From assembly GCA_000004985.1 (NCBI GenBank), contig GG738863.1: a stretch of 64,000 nucleotides of DNA; one strand, 5' to 3'. This DNA is from Naegleria gruberi (Eukaryota). The notes below the pieces were generated by a model. That model was not told the origin of the DNA, did no database searches, and saw only the letters and a list, made by a program, of their open reading frames with translations. This document shows positions 54,338 through 64,000 of this stretch, piece after piece. The number at the start of each line of letters is the position of its first letter. Within the stretch, counting starts at the first letter, position 1. The translations under genes and the position numbers were made by a program.

Positions 54338-54597
54338 TCTATCTAATATCAATGACCAATCTTTTTTTACTTTTATCTCATGAATGTTGTCTCTTTACTC
54401 GCACTACATGCTTGAGGAAGGTGAAGTACAGATGTGGATTAATTTTTGCGCACGAGGAATTATTTCATCCAACAATTTTTTATTGTTTGATTTGGCGCCA
54501 CAAAAACGACCCAGCACAACGTCTTTTAGAAATTTGGATAAAAAAACAAATTATTTATTAACAAGCAAAGGAAGATGATAGGAGAGAAAGGAATTTA

Positions 54598-57500
54598 TTA
54601 ATTAATGGATAAAGGTTTGCATTGTTGGATAAATTCATAGAGTGGATAATATCTAACAATGGAATTACTAGCAGTCAAGGTATGAGCAACAACCTTAATA
54701 CAATATCCTCTATAGTACAATTCTGGATCACACAACAAGTAGAATTTGGCTTTACAATAGTCTCCGTTACCTTCCCACAAGAGAGTTTCTTCCATATTGG
54801 AGTGTTCAAATCTAAATCTCAATTGACCCAAATCATATGTCTTTTTAGCTTCACCTTCTTTGATTCCACTGTTGAAGAGAACAATTCCTTCATTGCCAGA
54901 ATCTAATTTAACTCCAACAAATGATTGCTCTCTATTAATAATATCACTACATTCATCAAAGAAGTCATTATCTCTCAAGTATGATTTGGTTTTAAATTCT
55001 TGAGGAGTAACAATTCCACTCAATTCTGGAGTCATGTAAACAATTTCCATTGATTTGGATTGATTAAGTGAGTCAGTAAAGCTGAATCTAAAAGTGCATG
55101 GATATGGTAAATCATATGGTGTCATATGAAGGGCTCTATAAGACTTTGGACAAATTCCTTGATAATCAACAGCAGCCTTGATGAGATACTCCTTGCTTGT
55201 TGATCCTGAACTGAGATTGATAGTTTTACCCCAAACATATTGACCTTGGGTTTCACTCTTTCTAACTACAAATTCAACATCTCTACCAAAGTTTGTAGAG
55301 GTAGCAGTGGCAACAGTTGCAGCTTCCCAATAGGCAGCTTCAACACCACCAAATGCTTTCCAAGTTGTTCCATCATGATCCAAATATTCAAGTTTCATGG
55401 AGGTAATTGAAATTGGTGAGTTCAATTTGTTTGTGAAACGGAGATTGATCAATTCCAAAATTATTTCTTTTCTAGAACCGACAATGGCAATAGATGTATA
55501 GGAGCTTCTTTCACTTAAGTTTTTAGAGGTAGCACAATCTGGCAAGACAATGGAGATTGAACTTGAACCAACAGCAACAGGATCGACCAAGAGAGAACGA
55601 TCATTTACGAGTTGCTTAAGTGGTCCCATTCCTTCAGTGACAGGGGTGAATTTTTCTTGAATAACTTTGGAATAATACTTCTCCAAACCTTGTAAGTCTT
55701 TGATATTGGTTGGCTTGGCATTATGAGAAGCACAGCCATGGTGAGTTTCTTCCTCTTCTGGTTCATCAGCAAGTGGTTGTAAAGCAACTCTTTCAGAAAT
55801 TTCGTGAGTTGGATTCTTCTTCTTGTGAACTTTGGCGTCACGTTCACACAAACCAACACCGCAAGTCTTACAATCCATGAGTGAATCAACATTTTCTTCT
55901 AAATCTTCTAAACAAACTTTACAATATTTAGTTTGTTCATGCAATTCAATCAACTTGTTGTGAGCTTCAATATTTTTCAACTTTTCTTGTAATTTGTACT
56001 TTTTGATATCACCATTAACTGGAAGAAGAGCTCCAGTTCTTGTTTCAGCAGGAACAAATTCACCAAATCCATAAACTCTAAAAGTACCCAATAATAAGAG
56101 ATTAGAAGTTTCGAATTTCCAGTATCTAGCCTTGAAGCCAGTTGAACTTTCATCAATTTCAAATCTATTCAAATATGGATATGGTTTGGATTCTTCAATA
56201 GTCTTATCGAAACTAATCCAAGGTTCAGTTTCTCTAATTCTGTAATACACTCTAATATCTGAGCAGAAATTGGTTTGGGTTTTTTCATTGTACAATGCAT
56301 GAGTATAATATTCAATATATTTGAAGAAGTGAATATTAGTATAACTTAAAATCAAAGTACCAAATGGTGAACAGATACCATATTCAGCAGAATCATCCAA
56401 AATACCTTTTTGATTATTTTCAGCTCTATCATAGGTATTAAATTTGGTTGCTTGTTTAGGTGTTTTGGTTTCATCATCTTCTCTTCCAATCATCATATCA
56501 TTTGGAACTAAACAATTGATTTCACTACCTCTGTATGGAGTCATGTGAATTGCTTCTTGTTGATCTCTAGAGAGGAGTAAACCCTTTGTAGTATTATATG
56601 GAACAAATGGAGCAACAGCAAAGAATTGAAGCATACCAAATGAAAAGTCACCACAAATTCTTTCAAATTTCCAGAATCTAGCAGTAATACCTTCATCACC
56701 ATTAAACTTCCAAATATTGAGTTTTGGCCAGTGGTAATACTTTTGATCAAAAGTATCAACTTTAGTCCAGGCATCACCTTCTTGAACCTTATAGTACAAA
56801 TTCAAACGGTGACGAAGCTCATCATCAAACTTGATAGTCTTTTGCTTCTTGAATTCCAAATATTTGAAAAGATGAACAGCTTCAAATTCAAGAACCATAT
56901 AGTTATGAACAGATTGACCTATAGCACATCCAGCCACTCCTGAATCATCAATAATACCTTCAATAGTGTTATTGGCTCTATTATTATTCTTTGATGAATA
57001 GAGTTTGATTGGAGCAACTACGTTAACATCTGGACATGTACTTTCAGTATAGATTGGATCAACAAGATTTGCTGGAGCAAGTTTTGGAATATCTGAGTGG
57101 TCATTTCTAATTGTTTCAATCTTGACTTCACCACTGTAGTCAGCATTACCAATCTTAAAGTTTTGAACTGGAGCCATAGCATAAAATTTGAGCATACCAA
57201 CTGCTAAAGTACCAGTCAATCCAGAGTGTGGAGTTTGTACAAAACGGAAATATCTAGCTCTATGTCCACATTCTCCAAAATCTACCATTAAAACACCTTG
57301 GACACTTGTCTTGATTTCTGTAATATGCTGCAAAGTAACCCATGGATCTCTACTTCTCATCTTGTATTCAAGTGAAACACCAACAATTGAAGAGGTTTGA
57401 GTTCTACCCCAACCATCTACTTTTTCAAATTGTTTACCATTAGGATGTTCTCTAAATGCCAAAACTCTGAAATTGTAAACACGTTCAAATGCAACTTCAA

Positions 57501-60468
57501 TAAATGATGAAGTACCATCATTTGTGGCAAAACCTGGTTTTCCATCTGATCTTAATAAATCATCAATAACTTTTGGATCAGTCTTGGTACGTCTATTAGT
57601 ACTGTGATACATAGCATGAGGTTTGATCAAGTTAATTTGATCACAACCTGGGAATGGATCCTTCAATTGTTCTTCAATTAATTCTGGTGGGAGAATTGGA
57701 CCACTCTTTGTTTCAATTGGAACAAATGGAGAATAACCAAAAGCTCTAAACATACCAATTTCAATACAACTGCTATAAGCAACCAATCTCAAATACTTGG
57801 CCTTGATTGGTTGTGGTAAAGTGATAGTATTTACGAGAGGAGTAATTTGAATTTGATTTTCTTCAATAGTAGTCAACAAGGTCCAAGTTTCAGAATCCTT
57901 CAACTTGTACTCAATTTTAGTATCTTTGAGATAATAAACTGGGTTGCTGACAGTTGTCAAAGTCATGTACTCAAAGTGGGTAAATAAGTAAACATGCTCA
58001 TATTCAAATTCAATTTCCTTATGATTAGAAGTAGTGACATAGCCAAAATCACCAGTATCATCTAATAAACCTTCCAATGTATTTTCACGTCTGGATTCTC
58101 CCTTGGAATTAAGTTTCTTGATTGGAATAAGATTAATTTCTGGACCAGTATATTTTGGTTCCCATTGAGCAAGAGCTTCCTTCACTGATAAAATAATACC
58201 ACTCTTAGTTTGAATTGGTACATAATCACAATAACCAAATAATCTAATCATACCAAAGAAGAGATAATCACGATCTTCCTTGAAGAATCTCCAATATCTT
58301 GCTTTGATTGGTGTATTGAATTGAATAGTATTGACTTGAGGATTGGTTTTGATTTCACTTCTCTTTAATTGAACAGCAAGTGTCCATGAATCTGATTCCT
58401 TAACTTTGTATTCAATTTTAACATTATCTAAACTACTTAATTGCATAGATTCTCCCAATTTACTTGTCTTAAATTCCATATAAGTGAATAAATAGACGGC
58501 ACCATATTTGATTTCAATAAATTGGTTAGAATTATTACCTGTACAAACACCCAATTTACCAGAATCATCAAATAATCCTTCTAAAGTATTATCACCCCAA
58601 CTGTCCTTTGAAGATTGCTTCATTTCAAGAGGAGGGATACAGTTGATATCACCTGAAGTAAATTTAGGTTCATCAGAAACTGTTGGTACAACAACTTGTT
58701 GAGCTACTACTGGTTGTTGAACAACTTGTGGTTGAGGAGTGGAAACAACAGGTGTTTGTGTTACTACTGGAGTAGATGTTACCGGTTGAGAAACTACTGG
58801 AGTGGTTGTTGTTTGTTGAACAACTGGAGTAGATGTAACAACAGGTTGTGAAGATCCAGGAACATAAGGTTGAACTGTACCTGACTTGGTCTTGTGAGCA
58901 ATATATGGAGCATAACCATACATTCTCAACATACCGTAGAACAAGTGGGTCCATTGCTTGAAAAATCTCCAATATTTAGCCTTGATAGGTGTTGTAAAAT
59001 TGATGGTATTGAGCTCTGGATTGAACTTGATATCTGACTTTTCAAGAGTCTTTAACTTGGTCCATTCATCACTTTCCTTAACCTTGTATTCAATTGTTGA
59101 ATCTTGAAGATAGTAGGTTTGATTTCCTTCACCCAATTTGCAAGCTTTAAACTCCAAGAATGTGAACAAGTAAACTTGATCGAAAATCAATCTAATTTCA
59201 GAGCTACCATTTGTTGTACAAGCACCAAATTTACCAGAATCATCCAATAATCCTTCAATGGTGTTATCTCCCCAACTATCTTTGCCAGACATTTTCAATT
59301 CAACTGGAGCAATGACACTAACTTCACCAGATGTATATTTTGGTTCATCTTGAGAAACAGCAACAGGAGGTGTCTGTGTAACTACTGGAGTTACAGTTTG
59401 TTGTTGAGAAACTACAGGAGTGGTTGTAGCTGGTTGAGTGACAACAGGTTCAGATACAACAGAAGATGGTGAAACATATCTAGAAACAACTCCTGAAAGT
59501 GTCTTGATTTCAGTATATGGATGATAAGCAAATAATTTCAACATTCCAAAGAATAATTGGACGAAACCATTTCCCAATTTTGTAAATCTGAAAGTTCTTG
59601 CTTTGACTGGTGTATCAAAATGGATAAATGTACTTTCTGGATTGAGCTTAATATCAGATTTACTGATTTCTCTCAATGGAATCCATTCTTGACTTTCGAA
59701 TTGTTTATATTCGATTAAAGTATCTTGTAATAAACCATATTGATTAATTTCTCCCAATCTATTTGTCTTGAATTCGAGTAATGTGAAAAGGTAAACTCTA
59801 TCAAAAGTGAGAACAATATTCTGCTTCAATCCATTTGAAGTACAAGCACCATGCTTTCCAGTTTCGTCTAATAATCCTTCAATGGTGTTATTTCCCCAAC
59901 TATCCTTAGTGGATAATACCAATTTTGATGGAGCAATTACACTGATTTCACCTTCTGTATATGGTGGTTCATCTAAATTCTCAGCAACAGTAACTTCTTG
60001 TACATTGGAAACTTGAACAATCTCACCAGTCTTTGTCTTTATATTCACAGCAGGAGCATCACTAGCTCTCAACCACAATCTACCAAAAGCCACATGATGA
60101 GTTCCAAATTTATCAAATTTGAAATAACGAGCTGCACATCCCAATTGCACTTTTTGAATGCCGTGTCCTTCTCTGAATGAATAAATTTCCTTCCACGGAT
60201 CACTTTCATTGGAACGACAATAAATATCAACACCCTTTAATCTCTGTTGATCATCGTAATACTTCTTGTTGGAGGTACATTCGAGAGTGGTAAATTGATA
60301 AACTCTATCAAATTTCAACTCTACACAAGGTTTGTTGATAAAATCTGTGGAACAACCATAATCACCAGATTCGTCCAATAAACCTTCAATGGTATTATCT
60401 GACTTTTTACATAAATTATGCACTATCAATTCTGTTGGTGCAACAATAAAACCCTCGCTACTGGACAT
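54598..60468 (-). CDS. giant cytosolic multi-module protein (1956 aa): 8 tandem ~165-aa beta-sandwich-like modules separated by T/P/V/Q-rich linkers, then B-box zinc finger + coiled coil + ~500-aa C-terminal region
   Basis: Single uninterrupted ORF from ATG at 60468, with no signal peptide. Each module carries ...NTIEGLLD(D/E)SGK-GACT... then FD-VYLFT-LEFK and ends with a (Y/F)WRF...GML motif, resembling galactose-binding/discoidin/DOC-like folds. B-box-like CKVCLEDLEENVDSLMDCKTCGVGLCERDAKVH. Confidence 0.7.
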   Translation of the reverse strand: MSSSEGFIVAPTELIVHNLCKKSDNTIEGLLDESGDYGCSTDFINKPCVELKFDRVYQFTTLECTSNKKYYDDQQRLKGVDIYCRSNESDPWKEIYSFREGHGIQKVQLGCAARYFKFDKFGTHHVAFGRLWLRASDAPAVNIKTKTGEIVQVSNVQEVTVAENLDEPPYTEGEISVIAPSKLVLSTKDSWGNNTIEGLLDETGKHGACTSNGLKQNIVLTFDRVYLFTLLEFKTNRLGEINQYGLLQDTLIEYKQFESQEWIPLREISKSDIKLNPESTFIHFDTPVKARTFRFTKLGNGFVQLFFGMLKLFAYHPYTEIKTLSGVVSRYVSPSSVVSEPVVTQPATTTPVVSQQQTVTPVVTQTPPVAVSQDEPKYTSGEVSVIAPVELKMSGKDSWGDNTIEGLLDDSGKFGACTTNGSSEIRLIFDQVYLFTFLEFKACKLGEGNQTYYLQDSTIEYKVKESDEWTKLKTLEKSDIKFNPELNTINFTTPIKAKYWRFFKQWTHLFYGMLRMYGYAPYIAHKTKSGTVQPYVPGSSQPVVTSTPVVQQTTTTPVVSQPVTSTPVVTQTPVVSTPQPQVVQQPVVAQQVVVPTVSDEPKFTSGDINCIPPLEMKQSSKDSWGDNTLEGLFDDSGKLGVCTGNNSNQFIEIKYGAVYLFTYMEFKTSKLGESMQLSSLDNVKIEYKVKESDSWTLAVQLKRSEIKTNPQVNTIQFNTPIKARYWRFFKEDRDYLFFGMIRLFGYCDYVPIQTKSGIILSVKEALAQWEPKYTGPEINLIPIKKLNSKGESRRENTLEGLLDDTGDFGYVTTSNHKEIEFEYEHVYLFTHFEYMTLTTVSNPVYYLKDTKIEYKLKDSETWTLLTTIEENQIQITPLVNTITLPQPIKAKYLRLVAYSSCIEIGMFRAFGYSPFVPIETKSGPILPPELIEEQLKDPFPGCDQINLIKPHAMYHSTNRRTKTDPKVIDDLLRSDGKPGFATNDGTSSFIEVAFERVYNFRVLAFREHPNGKQFEKVDGWGRTQTSSIVGVSLEYKMRSRDPWVTLQHITEIKTSVQGVLMVDFGECGHRARYFRFVQTPHSGLTGTLAVGMLKFYAMAPVQNFKIGNADYSGEVKIETIRNDHSDIPKLAPANLVDPIYTESTCPDVNVVAPIKLYSSKNNNRANNTIEGIIDDSGVAGCAIGQSVHNYMVLEFEAVHLFKYLEFKKQKTIKFDDELRHRLNLYYKVQEGDAWTKVDTFDQKYYHWPKLNIWKFNGDEGITARFWKFERICGDFSFGMLQFFAVAPFVPYNTTKGLLLSRDQQEAIHMTPYRGSEINCLVPNDMMIGREDDETKTPKQATKFNTYDRAENNQKGILDDSAEYGICSPFGTLILSYTNIHFFKYIEYYTHALYNEKTQTNFCSDIRVYYRIRETEPWISFDKTIEESKPYPYLNRFEIDESSTGFKARYWKFETSNLLLLGTFRVYGFGEFVPAETRTGALLPVNGDIKKYKLQEKLKNIEAHNKLIELHEQTKYCKVCLEDLEENVDSLMDCKTCGVGLCERDAKVHKKKNPTHEISERVALQPLADEPEEEETHHGCASHNAKPTNIKDLQGLEKYYSKVIQEKFTPVTEGMGPLKQLVNDRSLLVDPVAVGSSSISIVLPDCATSKNLSERSSYTSIAIVGSRKEIILELINLRFTNKLNSPISITSMKLEYLDHDGTTWKAFGGVEAAYWEAATVATATSTNFGRDVEFVVRKSETQGQYVWGKTINLSSGSTSKEYLIKAAVDYQGICPKSYRALHMTPYDLPYPCTFRFSFTDSLNQSKSMEIVYMTPELSGIVTPQEFKTKSYLRDNDFFDECSDIINREQSFVGVKLDSGNEGIVLFNSGIKEGEAKKTYDLGQLRFRFEHSNMEETLLWEGNGDYCKAKFYLLCDPELYYRGYCIKVVAHTLTASNSIVRYYPLYEFIQQCKPLSIN
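56270..60468 (-). repeat. intragenic tandem coding repeats (8 copies of a ~500-nt unit) within the 1956-aa gene
   Basis: The protein motif (N/D)NT(I/L)EGL(L/F)DD(S/T)G-(F/H/L)G(A/V)CT recurs 8 times. Corresponding nucleotide stretches (e.g. aataacaccattgaaggattattgga...) are visibly similar between copies. The interval is estimated from the protein positions of modules 1-8. Confidence 0.55.
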
Positions 60469-61507
60469 GATGACAATTAGAAGTGTTTAGGTTGGTTTAT
60501 TTTTTTAAAGTTGTTGAAAATGTTGTGTGGTCAATGGATGTGATCTTTTTAACAGATGATGAAAGAGAGATTTGGTAAGTGGTCGGATTTCGGGTTTTTA
60601 TGAACATGATAGGACTTGGATTTTCGATGAAACACAATATGTGTCCAATGCCCTAGATTCTTCAATTTGGTAGAATACCAGAACACATAGGAACACTATT
60701 TGATTTTCTTTTGTAAATCTACGGCATGATACATGTCAACAAAGATCATATTGGTCTAAAATTGGTAAATTAATTTTTTGCAAGAGTTTACAATGAGAAC
60801 GAACACAAATTGAAATGTTTAACAATAGTCATAATTTTAATAAGTTGATTTAATGATAATTCTAACGGAGGAATTACTCTTGACCCAATCATGAAATTGC
60901 TTTGCAGCTTCTAAATGAATGCAACCTGCAGAACACATGAATGGATACTGATTTGATTTTGCAAATATTATAATATAATCTCTTAAAAACATATTAGAAA
61001 CTATACCTGATGAATATAGACACCTGTTCTCCACTCAACTGGTCCAACAGCGTACGGCATGTCCACATTGAATTCTGTCGATTTTTTAGATTCATAACAA
61101 TCGGATGGTCGTACAGTTACATCGATATTGTAACTTCTATTTCCTGAAGCATTGCAAGGAACTGAAATTCCATTGTAAGTCAAAGTACCAAATGATGTAT
61201 TTCCCCAGCAGCCGTTATGTGGTGATTTTGGGCAATTTTCTACTCTGTTCAAGGTTATGGTTGCTTTGGACATTTTTTTTTGATTTTATTAGCGAATTCA
61301 CGTTTCGATCACGTTTTTTTCCAATTATTTAATATTTTTGTAAACCTTACTGTATAATATGCGCACTCGGAACATGTAATATATTAAAGAGTTGGTTAAA
61401 GACAGTTAGTGAAGGATGAACCTTGCAAGATATACCCCGAGAGAATACTACCAGATATTAAGGAAAAAATAAAGTAAAAAAAAGATCCTCTTTTATTATC
61501 AATCATC

Positions 61508-62915
61508 ATGCCATCAACAACCACTTCATCATCAAAAGCAAGTTCCTCCACTTCATCAAACACTTCATCAAATACTTCGGGAAAGAAGATTTCACCTGCT
61601 TCTTCATCGTCATCTGGGACAACAAGAGAGAAAACTGCTTCATCAAGAAAGGGAGAATCAACAAGTACTGATTTTTCTACCCTTATAAAAACCAATCCAA
61701 AACTTTCTGCCAAACCAATTACCAATAAGGATGGAGATGATATAACAGAATATTTTGATGAAACTAATGTTTTGAATGCCAAGATTGAACATTTAGTCAA
61801 TCTCATAAATCAATCCAAACATATTGTATTATATACAGGTGCTGGTATCAGTAGAGCAGCAGGTATTAGAGATTACAGATCTCCTAATGGTATGTTTACA
61901 ATAATTCTTTTCATGGAAATTAATTAAATTTCTGATAGGTGTTTGGACTATGAAAGAAAAGGGAGTAAAAACTGTAGCAAAGAAGGATGAATCAAAGATA
62001 ATCTTCCCAACTCGTACTCACATGGCTATTTCTACATTATACAATGCTGGAAAGATTCAATATGTAACTTCTCAAAATGTTGACGGATTGCATGTTAAAT
62101 CAGGAATTCCAAGAAAGAATATGAGTGAATTGCATGGTAATACCAATGTTGAGATTTGTCACAAATGTAACATAGAATATGTCCGTAATTTTAGATGTAG
62201 AAATAACAAGAATGTTCACGACCACAGGACTGGAAGATTCTGTGAAAAGTGTAAAAGTGAATTGGAAGATACAATTATTAATTTCAATGAAAATTTACCA
62301 ACTGATCAATTGGAAAGAGCAGAGGAGAATGCTTCCAAGGCTGACCTGGCTATTGTCGTAGGAACAAGTATGAGAGTTAATCCTGCATGTTCCCTTCCAC
62401 AGATGTGTAAAGAAAATGGAGGAAAATTAGTCATTATCAATCTCCAATTAACTCCAAAAGACAAGAAGGCAGATTTGAGAATTTTTGCAGAAGCTGACAA
62501 GGTTATTGATACGGTAATGAAAAAGCTGGCTTTGGAAATACCTCCATTCATTCTAGAAACTGAATATTCATTAGAAAGCTTTGAAAGTGTCAATCCAACA
62601 AGTGAGAAAAAGTTAATTGGATTCAAAATTACTAGTCCATCTCCTTTAGGACCAATGGGTTCAAAGGTATTGAGATCAATCAGCCTAAAGGTTCACGGCT
62701 CAAAAGTAGTGAGCTTTAAGGATACTATGATGCTCGATCCAATTCCATCCGATTGTACAAAGATATCAGCAGTACTGAAGTATAATCTGAATTCAATTGA
62801 TGAGAAGGAAGCCAAATGCACTATTGAACTGGAAAATCCACTGAACATTACTTCGAAATCCTTTGCTTTAAAGGTGAACACATCAACCAATGAAATTACA
62901 GTTACAGAAAAGTAA
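61508..62915 (+). CDS. class-IV sirtuin (SIRT6/SIRT7-like NAD-dependent deacylase/ADP-ribosyltransferase); exons 61508-61889 and 61939-62915, 49-nt intron 61890-61938
   Basis: Exon 1 has an S/T-rich N-terminus and GAGISRAAGIRDYRSPN-G|GTATGT. Acceptor tctgatag|GTGTTTGG gives GVWTMKEKG...PTRTHMAISTLYNAGKIQYVTSQNVDGLHVKSGIPRKNMSELHGN...CHKCNIEY...CEKC (Zn-Cys4)...VVGTSMRV...LVIINLQLTPKDKKADLRI, collinear with SIRT6. Confidence 0.8.
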
Positions 62916-63128
62916 ATAAAATTCGCCACTCTTAATCACTTCAATAAGTGTCATTTAAAAAATTGTAAAATTCACTCAGCAGCGTAATGTCAAGCACGGA
63001 GGAACAGAGCTATGCGCCACCCGACTCTGCGACATGCCGCAATTAATTTCCATTCAAATTTGATGCGAAACACTCGAGTTTGGTCAAAAAAATTCAACTA
63101 AAAAAACAAACAGTAAACACATTGAAAA

Positions 63129-64000
63129 ATGATTTGGGTGTGGTTGTTAACAGCATGCATTGGATACCTTTCATTTGTTGCTCTGAAAATTTATTTAAAT
63201 TACAGAAAGGTGGCACACATTCCTGGACATTGGCAAATTGTTTCGCTTTTTTGGAGAGTGCCAATTATTTCTCCCTATTTACACATGAATAATCAACGTT
63301 CAGTGACTGAGTTGATGGAAAAGTATGGTGATAAGGAGAGTGGTATTACTAGAATGTCACTAATGGATAGAAATATGGTCATTATTAATGATAAGGATCT
63401 GTTAAAGGAAGTTATCATTACAAAGGGATCAATCTTTACAAAATTCACAGAAGTTTATGAAGTTTTCAAAGTGTTTGGAGAGAATATCTTGACAGTTTTG
63501 GATGCTTCTTCAGATTCATGGAAAAATCATCACAAGATATGTTCGCCTGCATTCACAACTCAGAATTTGCAATATTTGTGTGAATATGCTGCCAAGTCTG
63601 TAGAAAAATTATTCGAATCTAGATGGGAGAAACAAAAGGGAGATCATACTCTCAAGAATGGAGAAAATTATCAAGATGCTTATTTGACAAGTGACATTAA
63701 GGGTGATTTCAGTGATGTCACATTGGATATATTGGGTCAAGTTGGTTTCGGTTTGGATTTTGAAATTTTCAAGGAAAAAACAGGAACTTTATCCGAAGGT
63801 CAACAATTCAGAAAGAGTTTGGAAGTTTTATTCACTACAGGAATCTTTGTAAAATTATTTATTGGAATGAGTAAGGTGTGGAAGTTTTTATATCCATTTG
63901 CTCAAAAATTATTCAAGGTTGATGTTGCTTATAACATTGTCAGTTCTAAATTGGACGAAATCCTCAAGGAAAGAACCAAAGAAATTGAATTAGCTTATGC
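63129..64000 (+). CDS. cytochrome P450 (CYP3/CYP4-clan-like), 5' partial; runs off the window end; not in the supplied ORF track
   Basis: ATG at 63129 opens a stop-free frame to position 64000. N-terminal membrane anchor MIWVWLLTACIGYLSFVALKIYL, then ...LMEKYGDKESGITRMSLMDRNMVIINDKDLLKEVI..., ...WKNHHKICSPAFTTQNLQ... and ...DVTLDILGQVGFGLDF, each resembling conserved N-terminal-half P450 segments. The heme-binding Cys motif would lie beyond the window. Confidence 0.55.
   Translation, partial: MIWVWLLTACIGYLSFVALKIYLNYRKVAHIPGHWQIVSLFWRVPIISPYLHMNNQRSVTELMEKYGDKESGITRMSLMDRNMVIINDKDLLKEVIITKGSIFTKFTEVYEVFKVFGENILTVLDASSDSWKNHHKICSPAFTTQNLQYLCEYAAKSVEKLFESRWEKQKGDHTLKNGENYQDAYLTSDIKGDFSDVTLDILGQVGFGLDFEIFKEKTGTLSEGQQFRKSLEVLFTTGIFVKLFIGMSKVWKFLYPFAQKLFKVDVAYNIVSSKLDEILKERTKEIELAY

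Noticed and set aside
61001-61273. 90-aa minus-strand ORF (MSKATITLNRVENCPKS…) and nearby 65-aa ORF 60837-61034
   Set aside because: No signal peptide, no homology, and no convincing splice partner. It could be a small gene or UTR of the neighbouring loci, and it is too weak to call.
1-64000. Prokaryotic-style features (CRISPR arrays, operons, RBS, integrons, phage)
   Set aside because: The sequence is eukaryotic (spliceosomal introns, eukaryotic tRNAs, AATAAA-like motifs near stop codons, eukaryote-specific domains). No direct-repeat/spacer arrays are present.

Overview
This window is compact, AT-rich eukaryotic nuclear DNA from a draft assembly, not prokaryotic. Three N-runs are scaffold gaps: 19281-20097, 25770-26364 and 38325-38374. 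Genes sit on both strands about every 2 kb, with short intergenic spacers, AATAAA-like motifs near several stop codons, and two tRNA genes. Several homology-supported genes are split by very short canonical GT-AG introns of 40, 48, 48, 48, 49, 50, 58, 73 and 108 nt. Donors are GTAAGT, GTATGT, GTAGGT or GTGAGT. One gene has two longer introns (317 and 359 nt). I see about 33 protein-coding genes and no CRISPR, operons or obvious transposons. Recognisable products: an MGLL-like alpha/beta hydrolase (3'-truncated at the window edge), a DTW-domain tRNA acp3U-synthase-like protein, a neuronal-calcium-sensor EF-hand protein, an expansin-like protein, a UfSP2-like C78 protease (with an apparent frameshift), Vps39/Vam6, a YABBY/HMG-like DNA-binding protein, a FAD-linked oxidase, a KH-domain tail-anchored protein, a polytopic-TM metallophosphoesterase, a zf-C3HC (NIPA/Rsm1-like) protein, a small EF-hand protein, F-box proteins, a MYND-finger protein, a bacterial-type PARG (DUF2263), an M19 membrane dipeptidase, a Zn2Cys6 transcription factor, a class-IV (SIRT6/7-like) sirtuin, and a 5' partial cytochrome P450 at the right edge. 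Lineage-ambiguous or unusual content: a 707-aa secreted Cys/Lys-rich repeat protein, a DUF4116-like repeat protein, two paralogous single-pass membrane proteins with beta-propeller repeats + EGF-like + GPS (GAIN-type) motif, and a 1956-aa cytosolic protein with 8 tandem ~165-aa modules plus a B-box. The mix of animal-like modules (GPS, EGF, B-box, NCS, SIRT6-like, UfSP2) and fungal/bacterial-like ones (Zn2Cys6, DUF2263 PARG, expansin-like) fits a protist-grade or HGT-rich micro-eukaryote; I cannot assign the species from sequence alone. All domain calls are motif recognition by eye, with no searches run.
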